Shown piece by piece: positions 61,663 to 64,000 of a stretch of 64,000 nucleotides of DNA. Location: positions 10,067 through 74,066 of the forward strand of contig JAFSUM010000012.1 of assembly GCA_017445245.1 (NCBI GenBank). The letters run 5' to 3'. The notes below the pieces were generated by a model. The model saw nothing but the letters and a program-made list of their open reading frames with translations, had not been told where the DNA came from and made no database searches. Both the position numbers and the translations under genes were made by a program. This stretch comes from Bacilli bacterium. Lineage in GTDB: Bacteria > Bacillota_I > Bacilli_A > RFN20 > CAG-826. The number at the start of each line of letters is the position of its first letter. Position 1 is the first letter of the stretch.

Positions 61663-63102
61663 TTAGTAGGCTTTCGCAAAGTAGACCACCATGGTCGCGG
61701 GTTTACCGCAGACCGGGCAAAGCGTGCCTTCGGGCACTTCTTCCTTATAAATGGCCCTGGCAGTACCACCTTTGGTGATTTCCTTGATCTTGAGTTCGCA
61801 TTCCTCGCCACCGCAGAACGCCATGCGGGCATAACCGCCCTTTTCCAAAGCGGCGTTAAGGGTTTCGATGGAATCGACGTCCACGACGCTACGCTCGAGA
61901 TGAGCTTTCGCCTTCTGGTACATCTCTTCCTGAATGGCGTCGAGAACCTTCGGGAGGGAGGCTTCGGCTTCTTCGATCGGGAGGACGAGTTTCTCACCGT
62001 TATAACGCTTGCTGAGCATCAAGTGGCCTTCGGCCAAGTCGCGCGGACCGATTTCGATACGAAGAGGCACACCCTTCATTTCCCATTGGGCGAACTTCCA
62101 GCCCGGGGTATGGTCGGAATCGTCGATCTTGGCGCGGATCCCCTGCTTCTTCAAACAGTTGGCGATTTCCTGACACTTGGGGAGGATGCCTTCGGCTTCC
62201 TGACGGATCGGAACGATGATGACTTGAATCGGGGCGACCTTCGGCGGCAAAACAAGACCGTTGTCGTCGCCGTGCACCATGATAACCGCGCCGATAAGGC
62301 GGGTCGAAACGCCCCAAGAGGTCTGATGCGGTGTTTCCAAAGCGTTGTTCCTTCCGAGGAAGCGGATGCCAAAAGCTTCAGCAAACCCCTGACCAAAGTA
62401 ATGAGAAGTGCCAGCCTGTAGAGCTTTGCCATCGTGCATCAAGGCTTCGATGGTATAGGTCGCCACGGCCCCGGCGAACTTCTCGTGTTCGGTCTTTTTG
62501 CCCTTGACGAAGGGGATGCCCAAAACGTCACGGCCAACCTCATCATAGATGGAAAGCATCTTGAGAGTGTTCTCTTCAGCTTCCTTTTGGGTTTCGAAAA
62601 GGCAATGCCCTTCTTGCCAAAGGAATTCGGAGCCGCGGAGGAAAGGACGCGTCGTCTTTTCCCACCTTACGACCGAACACCACTGGTTGAAGCGCTTTGG
62701 GAGGTCACGATAAGAAGAAACAAGTTTCTTATAGAGATCTGAGAAGAGAACTTCCGAGGTCGGACGGATGATCAGAGGATCCGCGAGTTCTTCCCCGCCA
62801 CCGATCGTCGCGACCAACGTCTCGGGGGCAAAGCCGTCGATATGTTCCTTTTCCTTATTGAATAAGGAGGTCGGGATGACCATCGGCAAATAGACGTTCT
62901 CGGCACCGGCTTCTTTAAAGCGGATATCGAGTTCTTTTTGAATCTGTTCCCAGATGGCATAACCATACGGCAAATAGGTGATGAAGCCCTTCACCGAGGT
63001 GTAGTCCATTAGTTCCGCCTTGCGGCAGACGTCGGTATACCACTGCGCGAAGTCTTCGTCGCGCGGGGTAATCGCATCGTTTTTGTTTTTCACGTTGGCC
63101 AT
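61663..63102 (-). CDS. proS: Proline--tRNA ligase (archaeal/eukaryote-like type with C-terminal Zn-binding domain)
   Basis: 479 aa. There is no bacterial INS editing insertion. Class II motifs are present. The C-terminal Cys cluster is CGGEECE...CPVCGK, and the protein ends in AY. Confidence 0.85.
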   Translation of the reverse strand: MANVKNKNDAITPRDEDFAQWYTDVCRKAELMDYTSVKGFITYLPYGYAIWEQIQKELDIRFKEAGAENVYLPMVIPTSLFNKEKEHIDGFAPETLVATIGGGEELADPLIIRPTSEVLFSDLYKKLVSSYRDLPKRFNQWCSVVRWEKTTRPFLRGSEFLWQEGHCLFETQKEAEENTLKMLSIYDEVGRDVLGIPFVKGKKTEHEKFAGAVATYTIEALMHDGKALQAGTSHYFGQGFAEAFGIRFLGRNNALETPHQTSWGVSTRLIGAVIMVHGDDNGLVLPPKVAPIQVIIVPIRQEAEGILPKCQEIANCLKKQGIRAKIDDSDHTPGWKFAQWEMKGVPLRIEIGPRDLAEGHLMLSKRYNGEKLVLPIEEAEASLPKVLDAIQEEMYQKAKAHLERSVVDVDSIETLNAALEKGGYARMAFCGGEECELKIKEITKGGTARAIYKEEVPEGTLCPVCGKPATMVVYFAKAY

Positions 63103-63138
63103 AGAAGTACCTTCTTTCGTGCGTCAATAACTATACGC

Positions 63139-63960
63139 TTATTGTTTTTTCTTGTCTTTAATGCGTTTCGCATTATGGGGAGGAACGGGATTCATCATGA
63201 CGTCATAAGGCGCGATGACGTCACCCGAAACGAAACGCAACCCCGATTTGACCAATAGGTCAAGCGCCGGCCAGCCCATGACGTCAGAAGCGATGATGGG
63301 TTTATGGTATTTGAGCAGTTTTTCGACAAGGGAATGGAGCTGCGAACGGATACGGGCATCCATTTCGCGGTTAGTGCCGGCAAACGCGAAGGAACAGATG
63401 AAATAGTCGTAAACGGCATAGAGCTCGGTCGGTAGTTGCAGCTGCGCGGATTCGAGGAAGAGACCAATTTCATATCCCTTGGCCTTGATGGAACGCATTT
63501 CGTCGATGACCGCGTCCATGTCGATGTTCGGCAATTGTTCGTTGATGTCGTTTTCCTTGAACATGAGGACCATGGAAACCTGCTTCACCTTCTGAATGCG
63601 GGCAAAGGTCACGAGCATGTAACGGAGTTCGAGGTAACGGACGGGATAGAAAAGTTTCTTTTTCGCATCGGGAGACTGGGCGAGGAAGCGCGAAACCGTC
63701 TCCTTGGCCACCGTGGTAAAGAGGGCCCTGTCATCATCGGTACGGACCGCATAGTCCTTGAGGTCTTCCATTGAGGCAAAGGCGTTATTGAGCGCTTCAG
63801 GTTTGGTCAAATAGCCTACGACTTCGGCCTCAGGTGCGCTTAAGACGGGGCGGAACTTGTAGGTGAGCTTCTTTTCGTTGATGATGCGCTCGACCTCGGT
63901 ACGGTAGGAAGAATCGTCGAGGTAGGTACGGGTTTGACGGTCCTTCTCGTACCAGATCAT
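63139..63960 (-). CDS. Degenerate EAL-domain protein (possibly longer; reading frame stays open to window end)
   Basis: YKFRPVLSAPEAEVVGYLTKPEAL matches the EAL-domain start. Catalytic motifs are replaced: DDFG becomes FLES, EGVE becomes SDVM, QG becomes SG. There is no in-frame stop between 63961 and 64000. Confidence 0.6.
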   Translation of the reverse strand: MIWYEKDRQTRTYLDDSSYRTEVERIINEKKLTYKFRPVLSAPEAEVVGYLTKPEALNNAFASMEDLKDYAVRTDDDRALFTTVAKETVSRFLAQSPDAKKKLFYPVRYLELRYMLVTFARIQKVKQVSMVLMFKENDINEQLPNIDMDAVIDEMRSIKAKGYEIGLFLESAQLQLPTELYAVYDYFICSFAFAGTNREMDARIRSQLHSLVEKLLKYHKPIIASDVMGWPALDLLVKSGLRFVSGDVIAPYDVMMNPVPPHNAKRIKDKKKQ

Positions 63961-64000
63961 CGTCTCTTTGGTCGAGTAGGCCTCGGTGGCAAGGCGTCTC

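Noticed and set aside
1-64000. UGA-as-Trp (Mollicutes code 4) usage
   Set aside because: Several well-supported genes terminate at TGA in ATGA overlaps (10957, 26682, 51589, 58072). All family-recognisable ORFs are full length under the standard code.
1-64000. Prophage, integrative element, transposon or rRNA operon
   Set aside because: I saw no integrase, recombinase, transposase, capsid or terminase-like ORFs, no long inverted or direct terminal repeats, and no rRNA-like sequence.

Overview
This 64-kb window is a chromosomal segment from a Bacillota-like (monoderm) bacterium that uses the standard genetic code. TGA is a real stop here, for example in several ATGA stop/start overlaps. I call about 62 protein-coding genes, and all but 7 are on the minus strand. 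I also call 9 tRNA genes, each with an encoded CCA end, and several hairpin plus T-run terminators. I found no rRNA, CRISPR array, transposase, integrase or clear prophage. Housekeeping content includes gltX, archaeal-type proS, glmS, deoD, gmk, acpP, a cyclophilin, a Trk-type K+ uptake operon, a P-type Ca2+/cation ATPase, a heterodimeric ABC exporter, a Sir2 deacetylase, a BadF/BcrA-type activase with a dehydratase-like partner, and at least six GNAT acetyltransferases. Second-messenger genes are prominent: cdaA, a membrane GGDEF protein, a 1230-aa GAF-GGDEF-EAL-GGDEF protein and a degenerate EAL protein. Four items look most worth follow-up. (1) A tightly overlapped six-gene operon at 48891-55729 encodes a 1248-aa SF1 helicase with unusual N-terminal architecture, a coiled-coil protein, a Vsr::NUDIX fusion, an unknown protein, a second NUDIX and a small membrane protein. 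(2) An eight-gene Tad-like type IV filament operon at 22425-27041 includes an ORF-track-missed 50-aa pilin with an archaeal-style KG|Q leader and three accessory genes I cannot assign to a family. (3) A 737-aa membrane protein carries six copies of an amphipathic motif and a (PE)n tract. (4) A small tRNA-Trp-adjacent islet holds a DUF3800 gene and a gene cassette bracketed by paralogous terminator repeats. All functional calls come from motif recognition by eye. No database search was run.
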